A stretch of DNA of 64,000 nt from an uncultured Gammaproteobacteria bacterium (GTDB lineage Bacteria > Patescibacteriota > Patescibacteriia > Magasanikbacterales > GWA2-37-8), in assembly GCA_964561035.1 (NCBI GenBank), contig CAZLNR010000001.1, forward strand, positions 40,577 to 104,576, in the 5' to 3' direction. Made by a program: the position numbers and the translations under genes. Position 1 is the first letter of the stretch, and each line of letters opens with the position of its first letter. This document shows positions 1 to 7,957 of this stretch, one piece after another. The notes beneath the pieces were generated by a model. That model saw only the letters and a program-made list of their open reading frames with translations. It was not told where the DNA came from and ran no database searches.

Positions 1-588
1 CGCGATTTGCGTCCTGATGATTTTACACAATCGCGTCATATATTTAACATACCCGAACAGGCGCCGGTAATCTTGGCTATGGGCGGCGGCACAGGTTCTG
101 CTACAATTAATAAGCTGGTGGTTGAGGCGTTGCCGGCGTGGCCTCGCAATTGGCATATCATACATTTGGTTGGTAGAGAGCGTCCAAAAGATTTGCAGGA
201 AAACGCAACTAAGGTTTTTCCTAATTATCATGTGTATCCATTTTTGAAATCCGAAATGAAAGATGCGTATGCTATTGCGGATGTGGTTATAACTCGAGCT
301 GGATTTGGAAGTTTGACGGAACTTGCTTCACTTGGTAAAGCGGCTATTGTTTTGCCGATGGCAGGAACACACCAGGAAGTAAATGCGCACTTACTTGCTC
401 AGCAAAAAGCAGTGATTGTTATGGATGAGCGTATGGATAGCGGGTTAAAATTAGCTCGTTTAGTGGCAGATTTGATTGATATGTCAGAAACTAGAAATTA
501 TTTGGGAGATCGATTGCATACTGTTTTACCCCCTGCAGAGCCAAAACAGATTATGGAAATTATTGACAAATTGGCTAATGTTAGATAA
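1..588 (+). CDS. murG: MurG-type glycosyltransferase family 28, C-terminal part (5'-truncated by window edge)
   Basis: GGGTGS, ADVVITRAG, ELASLGKAAIVLP and HQEVNA match GT28 C-terminal motifs. Confidence 0.85.
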   Translation, partial: RDLRPDDFTQSRHIFNIPEQAPVILAMGGGTGSATINKLVVEALPAWPRNWHIIHLVGRERPKDLQENATKVFPNYHVYPFLKSEMKDAYAIADVVITRAGFGSLTELASLGKAAIVLPMAGTHQEVNAHLLAQQKAVIVMDERMDSGLKLARLVADLIDMSETRNYLGDRLHTVLPPAEPKQIMEIIDKLANVR

Positions 589-696
589 AATTATGTATAT
601 ACGCATAATTACCCACAGAAAAAAATAATACACAATACAATGGGGTTGATTATTTTTTAGAATTAGTATAGAATTAAGTCCGTATAGTTCACACTT

Positions 697-772
<76 letters not shown>

Positions 773-791
773 AGAGTAAAATAAGTATGTT

Positions 792-865
792 GGGCGTTTA
801 GCTCAGTTGGTTAGAGCGCCTCGTTTACACCGAGGAGGTCTAGGGTTCGAATCCCTAAGCGCCTA
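792..865 (+). tRNA. tRNA-Val(TAC)
   Basis: GGGCGTT/AGCGCCT acceptor, CCTCG-TT-TAC-AC-CGAGG anticodon arm, GTTCGAATC; CCA not encoded. Confidence 0.95.
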
Positions 866-1007
866 CAAGTCAAGCGAGCAAAAAGTTTTGCTCGCGATAG
901 GGATGAGAACGCCGGAGCCATGTCCGCTCGCGCGGACGGCGAGGCGGTGGCTAACCCGAGTTGGCCGAGCCAACGAGAGGTGAAGCCGAATCCCTAAGCG
1001 CCTACAA
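848..1007 (+). repeat. 21-bp direct repeat of the tRNA-Val 3' end bracketing a structured GC-rich 118-bp insert
   Basis: CGAATCCCTAAGCGCCTACAA at 848-868 and 987-1007. Confidence 0.9.
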
Positions 1008-1012
1008 ATTAA

Positions 1013-1051
1013 ATTAAAAAACCACATTGTATTTCAATGTGGTTTTTTAAT
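1013..1051. terminator. Bidirectional intrinsic terminator
   Basis: ATTAAAAAACCACATTG-tattt-CAATGTGGTTTTTTAAT. Confidence 0.8.
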
Positions 1052-1149
1052 ATTTATTTTTTCTCGTCCCGGTGCCTATGGTTTTATCATGATAAGTTTT
1101 TAGATAAAACTATAGGCACTACACAGGGACGAGCGATTGGCCCGCGTCG

Positions 1150-1656
1150 TCAGTTGTTGGCGACCGTCAACGTTGACTCTTCGATCGTCACGATCCTCTT
1201 CCCGTGGAACGTTCCGCGGGGCAGGAAGGTGATCTCGCGATCACCATCGAAGACGCGGAACGAGTCCGCGCTGTCATCGCCTTCGATGTAGAAGACGATG
1301 TGTCGCATGCCTGGCGGCAATGCGATCCAATACTCTCGTCCCGTCTTGTCGACGGGCGTGAGCACTTGCTCAACGTATTTGGCGTCATCGTCACCGCCGG
1401 TCTCGTTGTTCTTCTTGATGATCTGGGTCACCGTCGCCGTCGTGGCGCCACCCGGTTCGAGCACCAGTCGGTACTCGAACCGGGTGGTGTTCGTGCCGGC
1501 GAACTCGGTCGCCGGCTTGGTTGCTGCCGGTTCGTTCGGTGGCAGCGACGCCGTCGTCGTGACCGCCACGGTGTAGTGACGGTTGTTGGCACCGCCGCAA
1601 GCGATGGTGCCGATGATGGTGAAGAACAACAGGAGCACGAAGAATGCGTTGCGCAT
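1150..1656 (-). CDS. GC-rich putative lipoprotein, unknown function
   Basis: Signal peptide with lipobox-like TIAC-GG; G-rich RBS; sampled lines 63-70% GC versus about 35% in the next gene. Confidence 0.7.
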   Translation of the reverse strand: MRNAFFVLLLFFTIIGTIACGGANNRHYTVAVTTTASLPPNEPAATKPATEFAGTNTTRFEYRLVLEPGGATTATVTQIIKKNNETGGDDDAKYVEQVLTPVDKTGREYWIALPPGMRHIVFYIEGDDSADSFRVFDGDREITFLPRGTFHGKRIVTIEESTLTVANN

Positions 1657-1956
1657 GGCGGGTTCCCCCCTAGAGACTACCTTTTACACCCGGGATCCTG
1701 GGTGCGAGGAGCTAGGCAGAAACTGCCGAGCATTCTAGGTACAAATATACCCACAATGCTCAGCAGTTAGCGATTTTAAAGAGCTTTTTAGTTATTTTTT
1801 ATCTTTACTTTATAATTTCTTTATATGTATCTTAGCCATATTTTTTTCATTTTGTCAAGTATGCACGTGCGATTTACTATATATGTAGCATAATAATTTC
1901 TAGCAATCCTTTCAAGTTAATGATGCTTAAAAATTTGTGGTATAATTATATATGCT

Positions 1957-3135
1957 ATGACAAAACAACCTGAAGAGCAAAAAATTATTTTACATCAGGG
2001 TATTTATAAGCGACCTGTTTCCATTGCGGATGCCGTATTTATGATTACGGGCATGACTATTGGCGCCGGAGTGTTGGGTATTCCATACGTGGTGGCGCAG
2101 ACAGGGTTAATTATTGGCATCTCCTATATCTTGGTATTGGGTTTGATAATGCTTAGTTTAAATTTGCTGTTAGGCGAAATTGCAATACGCGCCAATGAAT
2201 CATTGCAGATTCCTGGTTTGGTGGGGAAATATTTGGGCAAATGGCCGAAAATTTTAATCAATATCATGATAGTTTTCGGTTCATTTGGCGCGCTGTTGGC
2301 ATATATTATTGGTGAAGGCCAGTCATTATCCGCATTGTTTGGAGGAGATCCAGTGGTTTGGAGTGTTATTTTTTGGAGTATTGCCAGTGTGGTGGTCTGG
2401 AAAGGGCTGCAGGCCGTAAAAACAGTAGAGAAATTGCTTAGCGTTATGGTTATGTCCATTATTGTTGGTATTTCTTTTTATATTTTAAAAGATTTTGACA
2501 CTGCGCATTGGGCCTATACAAATGTGAGTAAATTTTTCGTGCCATACGGTGTAATTTTGTTTGCTTTAAATGGTACGCCGGCCATTATTGAAGCGCACGC
2601 ATTGTTGCCAAAAGATAATCGCAGTTTTAAAAAAGCTCTTATTATAGGCTCTATTATTCCAATTATAATTTATATATTATTTGCTATAGCCGTGGTTGGT
2701 GCCACTGGTCTCAGTACGACCGAGGTAGCAACTATTGGTTTGGGTCAAAAGTTCGGTACAGGAGTATTGGTATTTGGCAATATTTTTGCGATTCTAGCCA
2801 TGAGTGCTGGGTTTATAGGCTCAGGCACAGCCTTGAAACAAAATTTTGTCTGGGATAATAAAATGAACCCATTTTTGGCAGAGCTTGCCGTTGTTTCTAT
2901 TCCGCTGCTACTGTTTATATTAGGAGTACGTCAATTTATTTCTATCCTCAGTGTGGCAGGCGGCTTGGTGATTGGCACAGAAGCGTTGTTATTGGTTTTG
3001 GTATGCTGGCAAGCGAGAAAAAAAAGCGTAATAAAAACAGAAGGATACTCGTTGCATCATTTCTGGTTATTGGCAGTGCCAATTTTTTTGATATTTACTT
3101 TGTTTACTCTTAGAACTATTTTGGCAATCGTCTAA
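1957..3135 (+). CDS. Aromatic amino acid permease (Mtr/TnaB/TyrP family)
   Basis: ITGMTIGAGVLGIP N-terminal motif, about 11 hydrophobic segments. Confidence 0.8.
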   Translation: MTKQPEEQKIILHQGIYKRPVSIADAVFMITGMTIGAGVLGIPYVVAQTGLIIGISYILVLGLIMLSLNLLLGEIAIRANESLQIPGLVGKYLGKWPKILINIMIVFGSFGALLAYIIGEGQSLSALFGGDPVVWSVIFWSIASVVVWKGLQAVKTVEKLLSVMVMSIIVGISFYILKDFDTAHWAYTNVSKFFVPYGVILFALNGTPAIIEAHALLPKDNRSFKKALIIGSIIPIIIYILFAIAVVGATGLSTTEVATIGLGQKFGTGVLVFGNIFAILAMSAGFIGSGTALKQNFVWDNKMNPFLAELAVVSIPLLLFILGVRQFISILSVAGGLVIGTEALLLVLVCWQARKKSVIKTEGYSLHHFWLLAVPIFLIFTLFTLRTILAIV

Positions 3136-3143
3136 CCATGGTT

Positions 3144-4886
3144 TTATGGCTTAACTATAGAGCCAGATCGCGATCCAGCATCGTTGGTATTGAGATTGTT
3201 TGAGATAGGCAGGTGGGAGATGTTTAAATTCTTTTTTACAATGCTGTCAGTGGCAGATAGAGAAATGGTATTTGTAAGACGTAGATTTTTGCCAACTTGG
3301 TTGCTGGTTGGGGTTACGGCTACTTCAAAATACAGACCTGTTTGACTGTTGGCCGGCAGTGAATAGTAGTCCCATGATACTGATCGGTTGGCTGAATTAA
3401 ATGCTAGAGCAGGGCCAATGGTTGTGCTTTGTTTTCCTGTAAATTCAACTCCTTCTGGCAAGGATGTTTCCAGGTTAACATTTTCTATAGCATTTGTAGT
3501 GTTAGCAATAGTGATAAAGACCCAATATTTGGTTGTTTTGCCTACTTGTGGAGGCAGTGAACCGCGGCCAAGCTGATCGCCTTCGGCTGTATAGTAGCGA
3601 GCTTCGGTACCAACAAAAGAAACTTCGGTAGCTAGGATTGTGGAAATTCCTGTGCCGCGTTGATTTATTGTCTGATCAGATATGCCCGCAATCTTTGCTT
3701 CAATGGTTGGAAAAATTTCCAAATGAGCGTTTTCAGTATTGGAAATATTAAGCGTTGGTTTAAGATAGATATTTATAACAAACGAATCGCTATTGCCTGG
3801 TTTTCCGTCAGCCAGGCTGGTTCGATTTGACCTGCTAAAGTAGATGCCTTTTTCTTCTAGCTGTGCATGAGCTTCAGCCGCAGTTTTTTTCCAATCAATT
3901 GAGTTTGGAAAATTTGAACTAATATGCAAGTTTGCGTCTGTGATGGCCATAGATCCTTTATTTTCCCAGGAAATACGAACAGGGATAGTCTGTCCCGGCT
4001 CTACAAAAGTAATATTATTAACAAGATCTACCCGGGCTTCAATTTGAGGTACGATGTTGTTTATGTTTTGTATGGAAGGCGCTTGGGAAATAGGGTGATT
4101 GTTTATGGTTATTATTGGTGCGATTGTTTTTTGGTAGTTACCCGGTGCGGACATGCTGGCAAAGGTGCCGGTAAAACTTCTATTACTATGCGCGGGTATA
4201 GTAATGTTTTTAGAGTCTTTTTCTGATATTGCTTGTCCGAAATTATGTTGCAATGAAATGTTTTCTAGTGTTTGGTCGCTCGTGTTGTGGAGGGTGTAAG
4301 TAAACTTAACAGGGCTGTTTGCGAATGTGGTGGTAGGAGAGGATAGCTCGCCCCAAAGTACGCTCTCTGATAGTTGTGAAATAAGCGAGGCAAGTTTTTG
4401 GTCGCGATTCTTTTTTGTATCGGGCCGATAAGATAAGTTGGCGATAAATTTTGATTCTTGAGAAGGATTGGACCAAAATCGGCCGTTAATTTCAAGTTGT
4501 TTGGATGCGCCCGGTTTAATTTCGGTGATTGCGGGAAAGATATATTGGTCTGAAAATATTTCTTTTGGTGTTTTGTTGCGGTCAATAATAAACCCTTCTG
4601 GAAGTTTAATGCCTAAAGAAACCTCCGATAAAGTATATTTACTATGGTTCGTATACTCCAAAGTTAGCCGCACATAATCACCGCTTTTAACGCGTGTTTC
4701 ACCCAAAGATAAAGACAGATCGATAAGTCCGGCGATGCTTGGTTTCCAGAAAAAAAGAAAAAGGCTGCCTGTCATCATAATGACTGCTGTAGCCAGAAGC
4801 ATGAGATCAAAGACAAATAATTTTTTTGCATGCTGGTAGATGCCGTGATAGTGTGTGTGATAATGATGTTTAAGAAAGCGAATCAT
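3144..4886 (-). CDS. Membrane-anchored protein with Ig-like/DUF11-type beta domains
   Basis: One TM helix then repeated beta-sandwich-like units (GDYVRLTLEYTN..LPEGF; TTKYWVFITIAN..LPEGVEF); start moved to ATG 4886. Confidence 0.65.
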   Translation of the reverse strand: MIRFLKHHYHTHYHGIYQHAKKLFVFDLMLLATAVIMMTGSLFLFFWKPSIAGLIDLSLSLGETRVKSGDYVRLTLEYTNHSKYTLSEVSLGIKLPEGFIIDRNKTPKEIFSDQYIFPAITEIKPGASKQLEINGRFWSNPSQESKFIANLSYRPDTKKNRDQKLASLISQLSESVLWGELSSPTTTFANSPVKFTYTLHNTSDQTLENISLQHNFGQAISEKDSKNITIPAHSNRSFTGTFASMSAPGNYQKTIAPIITINNHPISQAPSIQNINNIVPQIEARVDLVNNITFVEPGQTIPVRISWENKGSMAITDANLHISSNFPNSIDWKKTAAEAHAQLEEKGIYFSRSNRTSLADGKPGNSDSFVINIYLKPTLNISNTENAHLEIFPTIEAKIAGISDQTINQRGTGISTILATEVSFVGTEARYYTAEGDQLGRGSLPPQVGKTTKYWVFITIANTTNAIENVNLETSLPEGVEFTGKQSTTIGPALAFNSANRSVSWDYYSLPANSQTGLYFEVAVTPTSNQVGKNLRLTNTISLSATDSIVKKNLNISHLPISNNLNTNDAGSRSGSIVKP

Positions 4887-4945
4887 ATAAAAAATTGTAT
4901 AATTTATTATATCCTTTTTAGGGTCTTTATACAAATAGAGTGCAA

Positions 4946-4978
4946 TAAAAAACTCCTTAAGAAGTAAGGAGTTTTTTA
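4946..4978. terminator. Intrinsic terminator downstream of HTH gene
   Basis: TAAAAAACTCCTTA-agaag-TAAGGAGTTTTTTA. Confidence 0.75.
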
Positions 4979-4996
4979 GTTTGAGATTGTCAGTTA

Positions 4997-5362
4997 TTAT
5001 TGGTTGGAGGTTGTGGGGTTTTCTGGAAGCTTGGTTGCTTCTGCTGTTGGTTGAGTGGGTAAAGGTTTGCGGTAAGCAGGGGAGTAAAGCGGGTTTTTGA
5101 TTTTCCAGTTTCCTACAAATTGTCCAATACCTTTATTTTCCAATTTGTTTTTAATAGTAGTGTGCCGCTGAGACCATTTTACCAAGCTTTCAAAGTTAAG
5201 CTTGTATCGTCCTGCAACGACTATATATACGATTTCCTTAGCAGCGATTGCGCGTCTAATTGTCTGTGAATTTACACCAAAAAGCTTGGCTGCCTCAGAG
5301 ATTGATACTCTGATAACTTCCTTTGGCTTGTCCATATCAGAGGTCTGTATTGGTTTATCCAT
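4997..5362 (-). CDS. Excisionase/MerR-like (HTH_17) DNA-binding protein
   Basis: SISEAAKLFGVNSQTIRRAI is a winged-HTH signature; start placed at ATG 5362 downstream of the predicted promoter. Confidence 0.75.
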   Translation of the reverse strand: MDKPIQTSDMDKPKEVIRVSISEAAKLFGVNSQTIRRAIAAKEIVYIVVAGRYKLNFESLVKWSQRHTTIKNKLENKGIGQFVGNWKIKNPLYSPAYRKPLPTQPTAEATKLPENPTTSNQ

Positions 5363-5367
5363 AGAAA

Positions 5368-5548
5368 TTGTATAGATTAATCTATACAAATATAGCATAA
5401 TTTCAGCTTTTTGTCAAGTATCTGTGGTAGTGTAGGGGCTCGCAGAATACATGAATTTGTATACACTTGTGTATACAAATTCATGTATTCTGCCTATAGA
5501 GTATGGTATATGTGATGGTGTTTTATTTGTATACGCTTGTGTATACAA
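5368..5548. promoter_or_regulatory. Three TTGTATA-N8-TATACAA operator palindromes plus sigma70 promoter of HTH gene
   Basis: Sites at 5368-5389, 5457-5478, 5527-5548; minus-strand TTGACA(5417-5412)-N17-TATATT with extended TG. Confidence 0.75.
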
Positions 5549-5636
5549 AATTTGTATAATCAAAGTAGGCTATAATCAATAAAATTTTATAATGTTTTTT
5601 TCTTTAAAATAAAGATGTATCTAAGACGTATCTAAT

Positions 5637-5732
5637 TTGACGAAATAGCGATTTTTTGCTATGGTATGTACCACTTTTATTGTATGTTTAGGCAAACAAA
5701 TAGAAGTGTAACATTTTTATTACTCGTACGTC
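5637..5732 (+). promoter_or_regulatory. Tandem sigma70 and ECF-type promoters for the ECF sigma gene
   Basis: TTGACG(5637)-N17-TATGGT; TGTAAC(5707)-N16-CGTC(5729) ending 7 nt before the ATG. Confidence 0.65.
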
Positions 5733-5739
5733 TTCTTTA

Positions 5740-6321
5740 ATGCCTAGTAACAAAATATCAGAAAAAATAATTCTGTTTAAGCTTCGCGTAAATCAAGATC
5801 CGGAAGAGTTTGCGAAGTTATACGATATGTATGCTGGGCAAATCTACAGCTTTGTTTTTTTTAAAGTGTCAAACAGAGAAGAGGCTGAAGATATTGCATC
5901 AGAGGTATTTCTGAAAGCCTGGAGATATGTAAGCGAAAAAAAACCTATTGAAAGCTTTAGTGGATTATTATACAAACTGGCGCGCAACGCAATTGTAGAT
6001 CTGTATCGAAAAAAATCGCACCATAAAGAAATTTCTTTAGTAAAAAAGAATGAAGAGAATGAGCTGGAGGACGGTCTTGAAACAAAAGAGGTTTGGAGTG
6101 TAGGAATGGAAGAACAAATAGGAGAGAAGATAGAAATAGAAAAAATTATTAAAGCATTAAAAAAACTAAAACAAGAATATAGGGAAGTTATTACTCTGAG
6201 ATATGTTGATGAAATGGATATAAGTGAAATTGCCGAAATTACCGGCAAGGGCGCAATCGCGGTAAGGGTAACGCTTCATAGAGGTTTAAAAAAATTAAAA
6301 AATTTATTGGATAGAAAATAA
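5740..6321 (+). CDS. ECF RNA polymerase sigma-70 factor
   Basis: Region 2 (EAEDIASEVFLKAW, LYKLARNAIVDLYR) and region 4 (EIAEITGK..VRVTLHRGLKKL). Confidence 0.92.
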   Translation: MPSNKISEKIILFKLRVNQDPEEFAKLYDMYAGQIYSFVFFKVSNREEAEDIASEVFLKAWRYVSEKKPIESFSGLLYKLARNAIVDLYRKKSHHKEISLVKKNEENELEDGLETKEVWSVGMEEQIGEKIEIEKIIKALKKLKQEYREVITLRYVDEMDISEIAEITGKGAIAVRVTLHRGLKKLKNLLDRK

Positions 6322-6331
6322 AGGTCAAAGT

Positions 6332-7687
6332 ATGTCAAAAATTCTAATTAGACAATTAAAAACTTTGCGGCATAAAGAAGTTAAGCCGAATGAAGTGTGG
6401 TTAAAAAATAACCGCGATCTTTTATTGTCTCAGATTAGAAACACAGTTTCCGTACAGCCTGCCCGTAAAATGACTTTTGATAACTTTGTAGAATTTTTTG
6501 CAATCTTTTTGCCCCAATCATTTGTACATCGCGTAGTGCGACCAATGGTTGCGTTTATCTTGGTGTTGGCTATGGGCGTAGGTAGTTGGGTTGCCACAGT
6601 GAGTGCTTCGTACCAAGCTTTGCCTGGAGATTTTCTGTATTCCGCTAAGCGCGCTACTGAAACTATCCAAGTTAGGGGAGCCGAAGCTGTTGGTAATACC
6701 AATAACGCGGCAAAATTACATCTTGAATTTGCAAAGCGCCGAGCCGCTGAAACCAAAACAATCGTTTCTCAAAACAATCCAGAAAAGATAAATCTCGCAG
6801 CGCAAACAGTTGGTGATCTTAAAAATGAAATTCAAAATATCAACTCTAAATTAGAAGAGATTAAAACTTCAGACGATTCAGCAGGGGAATTGGTAAAAGA
6901 TATCAATAAAAATACTCAAGAAATAAACGGCGTATTAAAAGAAGTAAAAGTCAATTTACTAATTAGTACTGATAAAGAAAATTCTGCCGATCTTGCTACC
7001 CAGGTTTCAGAAGTAAAAAGCATCGTAAAAGACACGGCTGTCAAAGCTGTAGAGGTTATGGTTGTGAAGCATTTGCAAGGAGATGAATCTGTTTCTAAAG
7101 ACGATGTAAAAGAGGCGATTGCCACTCAGCTCCAAAGCGCAGCTAAAGATGTAGTTGAATCTAAAGATAGTATTACTGAAGTAAACAAAGCTATAAATGT
7201 TGTTAAAACGGAAGTAACAAATGCTATAGCAAAAGAAACTAAATATACTTCGCTGACAACTACAGCTGAGAATGCACAGTTATCAGAAAAAATTGAAGCA
7301 ACTTCAAAACAAACTCAGGAAGCTGTAACCAATTTTCAAAAAGTAAGCACTGAAACTGACAAAACAGTAAGCGAAGGAAAAGAGTTGTTGTCTCAAGACA
7401 ATCTTTCTTCCGCAATTGATAAGATTAAAGCGGTTAATGCGGCAACAGCAGAGGTGGAAAAAATTACCGACGCTACGTTAAAAGCCGTTCAAGAAATATT
7501 GCCGGTTGTTAGCGCGGTGGCAGATGCGGTGAATATACCAAGCAGTACAAGTGTTGCGGTTACTACTACGCCAAATTCAAGTACGTTTGGTATAGTGCTG
7601 AGTCAGTCTAGTACTATTAAGTTTGTCACGACTACCACGTCAACAGTGTCTTTAAAAACAACCACTACTCCAGCCGCAAAACCATAA
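6332..7687 (+). CDS. DUF5667-type membrane protein, putative anti-sigma factor
   Basis: Cytoplasmic N-terminus, TM helix, ALPGDFLYSAKRATE motif, coiled coil, Thr/Ser-rich tail. Confidence 0.7.
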   Translation: MSKILIRQLKTLRHKEVKPNEVWLKNNRDLLLSQIRNTVSVQPARKMTFDNFVEFFAIFLPQSFVHRVVRPMVAFILVLAMGVGSWVATVSASYQALPGDFLYSAKRATETIQVRGAEAVGNTNNAAKLHLEFAKRRAAETKTIVSQNNPEKINLAAQTVGDLKNEIQNINSKLEEIKTSDDSAGELVKDINKNTQEINGVLKEVKVNLLISTDKENSADLATQVSEVKSIVKDTAVKAVEVMVVKHLQGDESVSKDDVKEAIATQLQSAAKDVVESKDSITEVNKAINVVKTEVTNAIAKETKYTSLTTTAENAQLSEKIEATSKQTQEAVTNFQKVSTETDKTVSEGKELLSQDNLSSAIDKIKAVNAATAEVEKITDATLKAVQEILPVVSAVADAVNIPSSTSVAVTTTPNSSTFGIVLSQSSTIKFVTTTTSTVSLKTTTTPAAKP

Positions 7688-7746
7688 ACATAAAAAGGAT
7701 TTCTCAAAAATTTTTGAGAATTTCCTTTCTGTGATAAAATGTTTTA

Positions 7747-7957
7747 TCCCAGAAAGGAGAGAGAGTTTCAATGTTTAGCAGGCCTTTGGCTGAAAGAACG
7801 TTGAAATAAAAGAGTTTAAATAGTGGCTATTGCAACAGGTCGAGGGCTGGTAACAGCTCGCAAAGCTTTTGTATCCCCACACGGGGAAAGCTTTGACCCA
7901 ACGGCGATTCGTTTTACGAAGCGATGAAGGGTCAGAGGATAATTATTTTATAAAATT
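7747..7957 (+). promoter_or_regulatory. Long structured 5' leader of S-layer-like gene
   Basis: Extended -10 TGATAAAAT at 7732-7740; several hairpins including a GTAA tetraloop. Confidence 0.5.

Noticed and set aside
1204-1770. Multiple overlapping ORFs (188, 92, 69, 68 aa) in the GC-rich patch
   Set aside because: Shadow frames caused by high GC; only the minus-strand 168-aa frame has a signal peptide and RBS.
848-5398. Prophage or integrative island (tRNA repeat plus excisionase-like gene)
   Set aside because: The repeat encloses only 118 bp; there is no integrase or phage gene, and the intervening genes are host-like.
5368-5640. oriC or CRISPR interpretation of the repeats
   Set aside because: Only mismatched DnaA-like 9-mers, no dnaA nearby, no regular repeat-spacer period and no cas genes.
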